From positions 75,413-139,412 of the forward strand of contig CALMGJ010000010.1 of NCBI GenBank assembly GCA_937863565.1: a stretch of 64,000 bases of DNA, given 5' to 3'. The position numbers and the translations under genes are program-made. Source of the stretch: an uncultured bacterium. GTDB lineage: Bacteria; AUK180. Below, one piece after another: positions 36,816 to 46,383 of this stretch (the stretch's first letter is position 1; every line of letters starts with the position of its first letter). A model generated the notes under the pieces. The model was not told the origin of the DNA. It worked only from the letters and a program-made list of their open reading frames with translations, and did not search any database.

Positions 36816-38122
36816 AAGAAAGACTTAACGGGATAGCAAGAGAGATCCTGTCCGCTTCCGATGCGGATTTTACGAGAGTTTCCATCTCGCTATCCGAAAC
36901 GGATCTTACAAGATTCGCCAATTCCGAGATACATCAGAACGTTTCCCAAGAGAATATCGGCATAGGGATAGAACTGGCCTACGGCTCGAAGCACGGCTTC
37001 ACTACCCTGGACTATCCCGATCCCGAACTTATAAAAAGCGAAATCAAGGCGCTGAAAGCGCTTGTGATCGCGGGGAAGGACGATCCGGAATTCTGCGCTG
37101 CGAGAGGGGAGAATCACGAATACTCGGAGAAGTATGACGAAGAAACAGCCTCTCTCGGTCCGAAAAGCATGGCGGATATTGCAGGCGGCATCATCGCAAG
37201 GACGAACAAGGCGGGCCAGGAATCATTCGGTTCATTAAGCTTACGGAGGGAACACGAACTTCTCGCTAATTCCTTCGGCTCGAAAGCGTTCTCCGAAGCG
37301 ACGGTAGTGGAGCTCGTTACGATCCCCGTGAAGAACGAACGGACTACTTATAATGAATTCTTCTCCCACAGGATATCCGATTATTCTGAGGAGGCTCTTC
37401 TTGCCGCACCGCTTTCGCGGATGGACCTTTATAAAAATTTCAGCGATCTCAAAAGAGGGAAATATACCGTCCTTCTCGAAGAGATCGCAGTATCGGATAT
37501 CATACGCTTTTTTAACTATATGGTATCCTCCGGCCGCATGCTTCATGAGAAACAGAGCGCGTTCTACGGCAATATGGGCAAGGAGATCACCGGAAAAAAT
37601 CTCACTCTTCACGATGATCATACGGACCCTCGGACCGTGGGAAAACCTTATGATTCCGAACTCAATACAAAAGAGAGGATCGTGCTCATCGAGAACGGCG
37701 TGGCCAAAAACGTTGCGTTGAACGAAAAATATTCCAAGCTTCTCGGGATGAAGAACAACGGGCATTCTGTCATGGGAGGCCAGAACACGATGTGCGGCAA
37801 TCTCCGTCTGGAAACGGGCGATGCGCCAAAGGACGAGATAATATCCGGCATTGAGAACGGGCTTCTGATAACGAGATTCCATTATACCAATGTGCTGGAT
37901 ATGAGAAAAACCATATTTACCGGAATGACAAGGGACGGCATGTATATTATTAAAGACGGAAAGCTCACGGGAACGGGCAATAATCTCAGGTTCACGATCA
38001 ATATACTGGATGCGTTCAAGAACATCAAGGCCCTTGGAAAAGAACTTGTCTGCATCGGCGGCGTTTCCGTTCCCTGCCTTAAAATAGAGGATTTCAATTT
38101 CACTGGGGAGACGAGATTTTGA
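36809..38122 (+). CDS. TldE/PmbA subunit (copy 1)
   Basis: TRFANSEIHQN, GKYTVLLE, TRFHYTN, TGMTRDG, NLRFT; no HExxH. Confidence 0.88.
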   Translation: MVKERLNGIAREILSASDADFTRVSISLSETDLTRFANSEIHQNVSQENIGIGIELAYGSKHGFTTLDYPDPELIKSEIKALKALVIAGKDDPEFCAARGENHEYSEKYDEETASLGPKSMADIAGGIIARTNKAGQESFGSLSLRREHELLANSFGSKAFSEATVVELVTIPVKNERTTYNEFFSHRISDYSEEALLAAPLSRMDLYKNFSDLKRGKYTVLLEEIAVSDIIRFFNYMVSSGRMLHEKQSAFYGNMGKEITGKNLTLHDDHTDPRTVGKPYDSELNTKERIVLIENGVAKNVALNEKYSKLLGMKNNGHSVMGGQNTMCGNLRLETGDAPKDEIISGIENGLLITRFHYTNVLDMRKTIFTGMTRDGMYIIKDGKLTGTGNNLRFTINILDAFKNIKALGKELVCIGGVSVPCLKIEDFNFTGETRF

Positions 38123-39012
38123 GCGAGTTCATAAGGTCCCTATTCGGCGATTCGCTTTCCGAAGCCGTAAAAAGCCCGGTCTTTATAAAGATCATCCAGA
38201 GTTTTTTCATCATGCTCGTCTTCGGCGGCGTTTCCTTCATGTTCACATCGCTGATCGGGAAGGGAGTGAAGAACAGCCAAGCGCGCTACAGGGCCGTGAA
38301 ATATGTCAATGTATTCTTCTCCGTCCTCATCATTGTCTGTATCTTTCTTATTTGGATATCCATGCTCCGCTCCGTGGCCATAGTCCTCTCCGTGATATCC
38401 GTAGGGCTTGCCCTTGCGCTTCAATCGGTCATCCTTTCCTATGCCGGATGGCTTTATATAATAACTCGGAAATCCGTGAAAGTCGGTGACCGCATCGAGA
38501 TAAACGGCCTCATCGGGGATGTGATCGACATCGATCCCTACAGCATCACGCTTCTTGAAATAGGTAACTGGGTGAAAGGAGAGATGTCCACGGGCCGGAT
38601 CGTGAAACTGCCCAACAGCGCCGTGTTCCAGCATCACCTGTACAATTACACGCATGGCTGGGATTTCATCTGGGACGAGATATCGGTAACAATAACTTTC
38701 GAAAGCGATTTTAAAAAAGCCGAGGCGATATTCCTCGATATCATAAAGGATTATGCCGCGAAATATCAGGAAGAGATAAAAAAGACCATAGATGAACTCG
38801 GGAAAAAATACCTTATCTATTTTAAATTCTATACCCCGAAGACCTTTGTTTCAATAGAATCCTCGGGCATTCAGGTAACCCTGCGCTACCTGGTCAACGC
38901 GCGTGAAAAACGCATGAAGAGGGACGAGATATCGCGTGAATTCCTTCTTCGGATTGGTCCGGAGCCGGATGTGAATCTGGCATATGAAACGCGCAGGATC
39001 GTCAAGGATTGA
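38119..39012 (+). CDS. Mechanosensitive channel, MscS family
   Basis: 3 TM segments, GLALALQ, VGDRIEINGLIGDVIDI, PNS. Confidence 0.9.
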   Translation: MSEFIRSLFGDSLSEAVKSPVFIKIIQSFFIMLVFGGVSFMFTSLIGKGVKNSQARYRAVKYVNVFFSVLIIVCIFLIWISMLRSVAIVLSVISVGLALALQSVILSYAGWLYIITRKSVKVGDRIEINGLIGDVIDIDPYSITLLEIGNWVKGEMSTGRIVKLPNSAVFQHHLYNYTHGWDFIWDEISVTITFESDFKKAEAIFLDIIKDYAAKYQEEIKKTIDELGKKYLIYFKFYTPKTFVSIESSGIQVTLRYLVNAREKRMKRDEISREFLLRIGPEPDVNLAYETRRIVKD

Positions 39013-40235
39013 ACCGGATCCGGCAGTATTTCGCGAATTTCATTTTTGAAACGAAAAAGAAGACCGCACTGTACAGGCTTCTCATGCTGCACTCCTTTTT
39101 CGAAGGTCTCACTCAGGGTATATTCCTTCTGCAGGAAACGATAGCGAAGAAATCGCTTTCCGCAACGGATTTTCATGTGACCGTTCTTACGATACTGATA
39201 CATATCGGTCTCGTTTTCTCCATCTTTTTCGGCGTCTATTTCAGGGGAAGGAAGAAAGCCCCGGGCTATGTTGTGGGCCTGCTGGCCGGCAGGCTTATTT
39301 TTCTGTTCTCATTCCTGATAGGGAATATCTATATTTTCATCGGGTTTGTATTCCTCTATTATTTCTCAACATCGGTCATTTCTCCCGGCATAAACAGCGT
39401 ATTCAAGAACGAGTTCAAGATCACGAACCGGGGGAAGCTGTTCTCGATGCTGCGCGCCGCAATGTCGCTCTCCGCCATGCTCTCTTCTTATATTGCGGGT
39501 AAATATCTGGACCTCACGCAGAATTACAGGATCGTGCTGATCGCGGCCGGCATTTTCGGAGTATTGTCCTTTTTGATGCTCATTGCAGTCGACAATACGG
39601 CCGATTATTCCAAGATGCGAGCAGCCGGACCGGCAAAACCGATGCCACTGGACAGGGATTTCCTTCGGTTCGAGGCCTGCTTCATGACATACGGGTTCGC
39701 ATTCATGATAATGCTCCCGGCCGCGCCGATCTACCTTATAGATAAAATGGGTTTCAGTTTCACACAGATGGGATTCGTAAAAGGGGCAATGGCTCAGATA
39801 TTCTTCATCATGTTCATCCCGTTCGCCGGCGCCGTTTTCGACAGGATGTCGCCGTGGAAGGTCTTCCGCAACAGCCAGATCCTTCTTTCCCTTTTTCCTC
39901 TCGGATTTCTCCTCGCCGATACTTTTTTCCCGCATAGAACAGTCATTTATGCCGCATTCCTTTTCTACGGAATGGGGATCTCGTCAATGACCGTGTTGTG
40001 GACACTTGCTTCCATCTATTTCGCAAAAGGCGAGGATTCGAGCTATTATCAGTCCGTACATGTGGCTTTTACGGGCGTGAGAGGCCTGCTTGCTCCCGCT
40101 TTGAGCTATTTTCTGTTCAGGACCTTCTCGTTCAGAGTGTGCTTTATAATGGCCGCCGTGCTTTTCCTTGCCGCATTCGCGATGGCACAATACCGCATTC
40201 TTGCAGGAAAAAGAACTTTTATCGCTTCTCAATAG
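39009..40235 (+). CDS. MFS transporter
   Basis: About 12 TM segments, RGKLFS, G.VFDR, GVRGLLAP. Confidence 0.8.
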   Translation: MNRIRQYFANFIFETKKKTALYRLLMLHSFFEGLTQGIFLLQETIAKKSLSATDFHVTVLTILIHIGLVFSIFFGVYFRGRKKAPGYVVGLLAGRLIFLFSFLIGNIYIFIGFVFLYYFSTSVISPGINSVFKNEFKITNRGKLFSMLRAAMSLSAMLSSYIAGKYLDLTQNYRIVLIAAGIFGVLSFLMLIAVDNTADYSKMRAAGPAKPMPLDRDFLRFEACFMTYGFAFMIMLPAAPIYLIDKMGFSFTQMGFVKGAMAQIFFIMFIPFAGAVFDRMSPWKVFRNSQILLSLFPLGFLLADTFFPHRTVIYAAFLFYGMGISSMTVLWTLASIYFAKGEDSSYYQSVHVAFTGVRGLLAPALSYFLFRTFSFRVCFIMAAVLFLAAFAMAQYRILAGKRTFIASQ

Positions 40236-40236
40236 G

Positions 40237-40264
40237 TTGAAAATCTTTGAATTTCTGATATACT
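40237..40264 (+). promoter_or_regulatory. Sigma70 promoter of the DPSL-tldE-tldD unit
   Basis: TTGAAA-N16-TATACT with extended TG. Confidence 0.6.
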
Positions 40265-40286
40265 AAATGTAAACAGGAGGTAGAAT

Positions 40287-40787
40287 ATGGGTACCAAAGG
40301 CAAAGCTATCGTAGGGATCAGGATCAATGATCTTATCAAACTTCTGAACAGCGCACTGGCGGACGAGTGGCAGGCGTACTACCAGTACTGGATCGGAGCG
40401 AAGGTCATTAAAGGGCCTATGAAAGAAGCTGCTATCGCGGAACTTCTCCAGCATGCGGCGGATGAGCTCAGGCATGCCGAAATGGTCAGCGGCCGCATTA
40501 TCCAGCTGGGCGGCACTCCGGTGCTCACGCCCGTAGAATGGGCAAAAGTGTCAAATTGCGGTTATGATGCTCCGAAGGATCCGTTCATTAAAAAAGTGCT
40601 CCAGCAGAACATCAAAGGCGAGCAGTGCGCGATAGAGGTCTACAATCAGATAGTGAAGCTCACAAAGGATAAAGATCTTGTCACCTTTAATATGGCGGTG
40701 CAGATCATGACGGACGAAGTCGAGCACGAAGAGGACCTCCAGGCGCTTCTCGAAGATTTCGAAACGATGAAAAGGTCGTTCAAGTGA
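40287..40787 (+). CDS. DPS-like (DPSL/thioferritin) ferritin-superfamily protein
   Basis: ADEWQAYYQYW, DELRHAE, RIIQLGGTP, GEQCAI, DEVEHEEDL; Cys pair (SNCGY, EQCAI); SD AGGAGG. Confidence 0.85.
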   Translation: MGTKGKAIVGIRINDLIKLLNSALADEWQAYYQYWIGAKVIKGPMKEAAIAELLQHAADELRHAEMVSGRIIQLGGTPVLTPVEWAKVSNCGYDAPKDPFIKKVLQQNIKGEQCAIEVYNQIVKLTKDKDLVTFNMAVQIMTDEVEHEEDLQALLEDFETMKRSFK

Positions 40788-40799
40788 AAGGGAGATGAC

Positions 40800-42128
40800 A
40801 TGAACAAAGCATTTCTTGAGGGTCTTCAGAGCCTGACGAAAAAGTACGGAGAGAAACTTAACTTTTCGTACTCCGAATGGGAGACGGATTTCCTGAGGTT
40901 TTACAGGAGCAAGACGAATTACAATATCAGCAACCGTATAAATACTCTCGGCTGTACAGTCCACAGAGGAAAGCGTGCGATGAGCTTCTCTATCGACGAG
41001 CCCGATATTGCCGGGGTAGAAAAGAAATTGCAGGCCGTCCTTGCGGTTATAGACGGTATCCCTGAAGATCCCGACTTCGTAGACATCGAGAACGACACAA
41101 GGGCCGCTCTGGCCGCAGAAACGGTGAATAATATCACTGCGGTGGGTCTTGAAAAAAAGATCGGTCTACTCAATGAAATAAAAAGGGACGCCGCGACAAA
41201 AGGCTTCAGGATCTTCGGGACTTTCATTACGAATTATGTCGAACATGCTGTAATAAATTCCAGCGGGGTTTTCAAGACCTCGGTCACTTCTCCATTCTTG
41301 TTGGATGTCAAGGCGGTCAAGGACGACAATGACGTCACAGTGATCGAGAACACGGGGGGCAGCGATTACGGCGCTTTCTCTGAAAAGGATTTCCGCGCCT
41401 CTCTTTCTGCGAAGATGGATAATGCCGGAAAAGAGCTGATCGATATGGAGCCGGGAAGATACGAGGTAGTGCTCTCTCCTTCAGCCACGGCCGAGTTCAT
41501 GGGCTATCTTCTGGCTCTTGCGAACGGCGGAACGCTGGACAGCAATAATTCGTTCTTCGAAGGAAAAGTTGGGCAGAAATTATTCCCGGAAACGCTCACG
41601 GTCACCGATGACCCCTTAAATCCGAGGCTTGTGAGGACGCCATATAACGACGAGGGAAGACTTCTCGGGAAACTTCCCGTAATAGAAAGAGGAGTGTTCA
41701 GGAATTTCTTCATCGATAATTATTACGGCAACAAACTGAAAATGGATAAAAACGGCAATTCGGGCTCGAACATCGTCATTGGAAAGGGGAAGATACCTCT
41801 TTCCGATATGATCAAGGGGATCAAGAAGGGTCTTTTTATCTCTAACCTGCATTACATGAACTTCATAAATCCCAAAGAGACCTCGGTGACCGGTCTTACA
41901 AGGGACGGCACTTTTTTGATCGAGAACGGGGAGATCAAAAACGTTGTGAACAATCTCCGTTTCACGGTGAAGATAGAGGAAGTATTCCGCAATGCCGTTG
42001 AATTCGAGGATAGGGAACATGTGCTTGCGCGCTCGGGCAATTACGGTGAATTCGGGATCAATACGGCTCTTGCCCCGCATATCAAGGTGAAGGATTTCAA
42101 TATCACCTCGTCGACAAAGACGGTATAG
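40800..42128 (+). CDS. TldE/PmbA subunit (copy 2)
   Basis: EPGRYEVVLSP, DDPL, DEG, LHYMN, TGLTRDG, NNLRF; no HExxH. Confidence 0.88.
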   Translation: MNKAFLEGLQSLTKKYGEKLNFSYSEWETDFLRFYRSKTNYNISNRINTLGCTVHRGKRAMSFSIDEPDIAGVEKKLQAVLAVIDGIPEDPDFVDIENDTRAALAAETVNNITAVGLEKKIGLLNEIKRDAATKGFRIFGTFITNYVEHAVINSSGVFKTSVTSPFLLDVKAVKDDNDVTVIENTGGSDYGAFSEKDFRASLSAKMDNAGKELIDMEPGRYEVVLSPSATAEFMGYLLALANGGTLDSNNSFFEGKVGQKLFPETLTVTDDPLNPRLVRTPYNDEGRLLGKLPVIERGVFRNFFIDNYYGNKLKMDKNGNSGSNIVIGKGKIPLSDMIKGIKKGLFISNLHYMNFINPKETSVTGLTRDGTFLIENGEIKNVVNNLRFTVKIEEVFRNAVEFEDREHVLARSGNYGEFGINTALAPHIKVKDFNITSSTKTV

Positions 42129-42137
42129 GAGACTCTG

Positions 42138-43577
42138 ATGAAGAACACGGCTTTAAAGATATTGAACAAGATAGAAAGGTCGGGGATCACGTATGCGGAC
42201 GTAAGACTTACGTCCACCGATAATGAAGGGTTCCATTTTGAAAGAGGCGCTCTCAAAGGCATGGGCGGCCAGAAGGACTCGGTAAGAGTGGGCATACGGG
42301 TGCTGGCTGAAGGGACCTGGGGTTTTGCCGCCGGTTCTGATATTTCGGATAACGCTGTCGATGCGATGATCAAAAAGGCAACGGACAATGCGAAAAAGGG
42401 AAGCAGGTTTCAGGCTGAAAGAGATGAATTCAAGCCGATCAAGGGGATTGAAAAAGAGTACCGGTTCAAACCCGAGATCGATCCGTTCACGATGCCTCTT
42501 GAAGAAAAACTTGCCTACTTGGAAAAGCTCGCGAAGATGATCGCGGGTGACCCCAATATTCCGTTCTCCATTGTGGATCTTATGTGCTACAGGCAGCATA
42601 AAGTGTTCGTCAATACCGAAGGCATGATCGCGGATACTGTCGTTTACGACATCAAACCTTCCATGATGGTGATCGCCGTCGGCCCGGGCGGAGTGATGTC
42701 CAGAACATTCCCCGGACATATGGAAGCGAGAAGAGGGGGCTTCGAAGTGCTGAAACAATACGACTTCGAGGGAAATGCCGAAAGGATAATGAAAGAAGCG
42801 GCGGAACTTCTGACGGCAAAAGGAGTTGAGGATGACGAAGGCGATATTATAATCGGCGCCGGCCATCTCGCTCTCCAGCTTCACGAATCCGTGGGGCATG
42901 CAACTGAAGCGGACAGAATATTCGGCATGGAGATATCTTACGCGGGCAAGACTTTTGTTAAGCCCTCCATGATAGGCAATTTCAAATACGGTTCGGATAT
43001 ACTCACGATATACACGGATGCCAGTGACGAGCGGGGCATCGGATTCCATCCTGTCGACGACGAAGGCGTGCCGGCAAAGAGAGTGGATATCATTAAAAAC
43101 GGAGTCCTGAAAGACCTGCAGACATCACGGCAGATCGCGGATAAACTCGGGCTGGAGCCCTCGTCCAATATGAAGGCCTCGTTCGCCTCGGATTTCCCGC
43201 TGGTCCGCATGACCAATCTCTGCATTGAACCCGTAAAGGGAAGCCTCAAAGAGATGATCGCCGGAACAGAGAACGGATATCTTGTTGATTTCACGAAGAC
43301 CTGGTCGATTGACGACAACAGGAATAATTTCCAGTTCACGACCGAAATAGGCTGGAAGATCAAAAACGGGAAGATCGAGAGGGTCGTGAGGGAACCCACT
43401 TATTTCGGCATAACCAAGGAATTCTGGAATTCCTGCGATGCGATATGCGGACCCGAGGAATGGAACTATTACGGAACTTTCTTCTGCGGCAAAGGCGAAC
43501 CGGGTCAGGCGATGCACCTGTCGCACGGCGTGGCGCCTGCACGTTTCAGGAAAGTGAAGCTTCTTAAAAGCTATTAA
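42138..43577 (+). CDS. tldD: TldD metalloprotease subunit (copy 2)
   Basis: GIRVL, HESVGHATEADR, DDEGV, RMTN, CGKGEP. Confidence 0.92.
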   Translation: MKNTALKILNKIERSGITYADVRLTSTDNEGFHFERGALKGMGGQKDSVRVGIRVLAEGTWGFAAGSDISDNAVDAMIKKATDNAKKGSRFQAERDEFKPIKGIEKEYRFKPEIDPFTMPLEEKLAYLEKLAKMIAGDPNIPFSIVDLMCYRQHKVFVNTEGMIADTVVYDIKPSMMVIAVGPGGVMSRTFPGHMEARRGGFEVLKQYDFEGNAERIMKEAAELLTAKGVEDDEGDIIIGAGHLALQLHESVGHATEADRIFGMEISYAGKTFVKPSMIGNFKYGSDILTIYTDASDERGIGFHPVDDEGVPAKRVDIIKNGVLKDLQTSRQIADKLGLEPSSNMKASFASDFPLVRMTNLCIEPVKGSLKEMIAGTENGYLVDFTKTWSIDDNRNNFQFTTEIGWKIKNGKIERVVREPTYFGITKEFWNSCDAICGPEEWNYYGTFFCGKGEPGQAMHLSHGVAPARFRKVKLLKSY

Positions 43578-44422
43578 GGATATCTGAAGACGAGGACATT
43601 CTCCGCCGGGGGTTTGTCCCAGAAGAAAAAGCCGTTCTCGATAAGGAACGGGATATGTCTTTTCAGATATGAAGGTATGACAAGTTCATAGCCGGGCGCT
43701 TCGCATAGAGCATTGAACGAGCGTATCAGTTCAATTATATCCGCCTTTCTGAAGGATACTAAAGTGAAGGCCCTGTCTTTCCTTTTAGGGTTCCTCTCGT
43801 CAAAAAAGATGCTTTTTCCCGCAATATAGGTCCTTATCCTGCTCTTCAGATACCTGATGCCCTCGGGAGTGTTCTTAATATGATGCCATCCGAGCGGGAT
43901 ATGTTCTCCGAACCGGGAGAACATCATCGGCGGAATAAGAGTGCGTTCCGGTTCGATCACGGTCTTCCTTCTTTTCCTGAAGATTACGGTGAACGTTTCG
44001 CAGAGCCTGAATCCTGCTTTTCCGGCTATATCGATGCTTTCACGGTTCATATAATAAGTGGAGAATTCGAGATGTCTCAGCTTCCTGCTTTTTATCATTT
44101 CGCTGCCTTGAGCGAACACGTACCCGGCCAGCATCTTGCCGTAGCCTTTGCCTTGATAGGCGGGGTGTATCCTCAAACCTTCAAGCCAGCCTACTTTCCC
44201 CGGAAAGAGGGTCAGTTTCCCGACGCCCACCGTCTTGCCGCCGAAAGTGAGCGCATAGAGGCCTCCTTCCTTGAGCCAGAAAGGGAAAACATCTTTGAGA
44301 TAATCTTCTCCACCCCAGGTGAGATCGGAAATCTCCGCTATATCCCTTAGATCGGAAGGCCGGGCCTTCCTTATCCGGGGACTATTTGAAATGTTCGGGG
44401 AAGAAGATCCTGTATTTGTCAT
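43574..44422 (-). CDS. GNAT-family N-acetyltransferase
   Basis: WGGEDYL, GWLEGLRIHPAYQGKGYG (motif A); start uncertain. Confidence 0.85.
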   Translation of the reverse strand: MTNTGSSSPNISNSPRIRKARPSDLRDIAEISDLTWGGEDYLKDVFPFWLKEGGLYALTFGGKTVGVGKLTLFPGKVGWLEGLRIHPAYQGKGYGKMLAGYVFAQGSEMIKSRKLRHLEFSTYYMNRESIDIAGKAGFRLCETFTVIFRKRRKTVIEPERTLIPPMMFSRFGEHIPLGWHHIKNTPEGIRYLKSRIRTYIAGKSIFFDERNPKRKDRAFTLVSFRKADIIELIRSFNALCEAPGYELVIPSYLKRHIPFLIENGFFFWDKPPAENVLVFRYP

Positions 44423-45251
44423 GCTTCTTCCAGTCAATATGATCGTTGGATGTCTGAACAGCCCCGTCCAACGCATGATGACATGCGCAGTCGGCCGCAG
44501 TATCCGCATGCTCGAAAATGTAGCCGAGTATCCTCTTGGCATTCCCGATATTGTGCCTCATATTGCCGAGCACCATCTCTACGGACACTGCCTCCTCTCC
44601 TTCGAACCAGCAATCATAATCCGTCGAAAGCGCTATTGTGACATAACACATCCCGGCCTCCCTTACAAGTTTCGCCTCGGGAAGGGCTGTCATGCCGATA
44701 ATATCCATGCCCCACTGCCTGTAGACCTTCGATTCGGCCTTTGTGGAAAATTGCGGTCCTTCCATGCATAGATATGTGCCCGACTTATGGTGGGCGATGC
44801 CGAGCTCTTCGCAGGCCTTGACCGCCAGAGCGCGCATACCGCCGCAGAAGGGATCGGCAAAAGGTATATGTACAACGACTCCTTCGCCGAAGAATGTGTT
44901 CACGCGTGAGCGCGTCCTGTCGAATATCTGATCGGGTATCACGACATGTCTGGGTTCGATCTTCTCCTGAAGGGAACCGACCGCGGAAACGGAGATCACC
45001 TGCTTCACGCCGAGTGATTTCAATGCCCACACATTGGCTCTTACGTTTATCTCGGTGGGGAGTATCGTATGTCCCGTGCCGTGCCTGGGAAGAAAGGCCA
45101 CCGATCTACCGTGTATGTCGCCAACCGTTATCGGGGCCGAAGGGTTGCCGAACGGGGTTTTTACAGTAATTTTCTCTATGTTCTCGAGTCCTTCGAACTT
45201 GTCAAGGCCGCTTCCGCCGATCACTCCGATCTGTGCCTGTTTCTGCGTCAT
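44382..45251 (-). CDS. mtnP: S-methyl-5'-thioadenosine phosphorylase
   Basis: IGVIGGSG, TPFG.PS, PRHG, SAVGSL, EGPQFSTKAES, IGMT, TDYDCW. Confidence 0.94.
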   Translation of the reverse strand: MTQKQAQIGVIGGSGLDKFEGLENIEKITVKTPFGNPSAPITVGDIHGRSVAFLPRHGTGHTILPTEINVRANVWALKSLGVKQVISVSAVGSLQEKIEPRHVVIPDQIFDRTRSRVNTFFGEGVVVHIPFADPFCGGMRALAVKACEELGIAHHKSGTYLCMEGPQFSTKAESKVYRQWGMDIIGMTALPEAKLVREAGMCYVTIALSTDYDCWFEGEEAVSVEMVLGNMRHNIGNAKRILGYIFEHADTAADCACHHALDGAVQTSNDHIDWKKHDKYRIFFPEHFK

Positions 45252-45363
45252 AATACACCTCTTATTAATATGAAAATTTTCTTATGATAATATTAAAACG
45301 GGAAATATTCAAGCGGAAATTTCAAATTGCCGCAAACTTCTGGTCTCGGAATTTATGATGTTC

Positions 45364-45401
45364 TTGACTGTTTTGTCCGATTTGCTATAATGATCATTAT
45401 A
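45364..45401 (+). promoter_or_regulatory. Sigma70 promoter with overlapping perfect 16-bp palindrome
   Basis: TTGACT-N16-TATAAT with extended TG; TATAATGATCATTATA at 45386-45401. Confidence 0.65.
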
Positions 45402-45412
45402 AGGGAGGCTGA

Positions 45413-46132
45413 ATGAAAGAGAAGGACCCGGCTAAGATACTTGGCGGAATATCCGGCGGTAGGATCCTCGACGCGGCCACGGGATACGGGAATACGATAA
45501 TGCAGCTGAAGGATTCCCTGAAGGATTTCGACGAGATCATCGGCATCGATACGGTCCCGGCGGGACCGGTACTTGAAAAAGCACGGAGCGTATTCGACGG
45601 AAAAAAGATTAAATACATGAGGATGGACGCTGCGGAACTAGATTTCCCGTCCGGCAGTTTCGATACGGTCTCGATGGGTAATTCGCTGCACCATCTGTCA
45701 AAACCGGCTCAAGCACTGAAAGAAATGTTCAGAGTACTGAAACATGGAGGGACATTAATTGTAAATGAAGTATACCGCGACGGACAAACGGAAGAGGAAA
45801 TGACCCATGTTCTGCTCCATCATTGGTGGGCGAAGATAGACTCCAAGCTCGGGATAACCCACAATGAAACATATATCAGGGGAGAGATCCTGAAAATGAT
45901 CGGAGGACTCGGCCTTTCCCGTACTGATGACTTCGACATCACCGACAGATCCGATCCATTTGACAGGGAAAGGCTCGATATGATCATTGGAACATTCGAA
46001 ATGTATCATAAAAAAGCGGAAGAACTTGAGGATCGCGAGGAGCTCATCGCTGAAGGCCAAAAACTAAAGGATATGATCGGGAGAAAGGGCTTCAGATGGG
46101 CAAAGATGCTTCTTGTCATCGGTAAAAAATAG
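45413..46132 (+). CDS. Class I SAM-dependent methyltransferase
   Basis: ILDAATGYG, GID, MDAAELDF..GSFDTV, SLHHL, EMFRVLKHGG. Confidence 0.9.
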   Translation: MKEKDPAKILGGISGGRILDAATGYGNTIMQLKDSLKDFDEIIGIDTVPAGPVLEKARSVFDGKKIKYMRMDAAELDFPSGSFDTVSMGNSLHHLSKPAQALKEMFRVLKHGGTLIVNEVYRDGQTEEEMTHVLLHHWWAKIDSKLGITHNETYIRGEILKMIGGLGLSRTDDFDITDRSDPFDRERLDMIIGTFEMYHKKAEELEDREELIAEGQKLKDMIGRKGFRWAKMLLVIGKK

Positions 46133-46156
46133 GGACGTTGGTTGACATTGTTGACA
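46125..46156 (+). repeat. REP-like dispersed motif (copy 1)
   Basis: AAAAATAGGGACGTTGGTTGACATTG; related segments recur inverted at 63971-64000. Confidence 0.4.
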
Positions 46157-46348
46157 AGATGCCCGTAAACCGCACCTAAATCTTTTCTAATAGGGATATT
46201 ATTTAAAACAGTATAAGAGCCCGACATGATGGCGGCGCTGAACGGACCCCGCCCATGCAAAATTGAGGAATCATGCAAAACAGCAAGGATTTATACGGAG
46301 TTGAATATGAAATTTCACCTTTTTCAACCACCGTCCCTCTTGCATCCC

Positions 46349-46377
46349 TTGCAAAAAAGGCTGAAAAGCGTTAAAAT
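46349..46377 (+). promoter_or_regulatory. Sigma70 promoter predicting a leaderless transcript
   Basis: TTGCAA-N17-TAAAAT-N6-GTG start codon. Confidence 0.6.
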
Positions 46378-46383
46378 ATATTA

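Noticed and set aside
40785..40802. DPSL TGA stop is in frame with tldE2 (possible readthrough or selenocysteine fusion)
   Set aside because: In-frame by chance one time in three; tldE2 has its own GGAG SD; no SECIS-like hairpin or Cys-equivalent position evident
42153..43049. 298-aa antisense ORF
   Set aside because: Lies wholly opposite tldD2 and has no motifs; a shadow of codon bias
35367..43577. RiPP biosynthetic cluster around TldDE
   Set aside because: No YcaO, radical SAM or precursor-like peptide seen nearby
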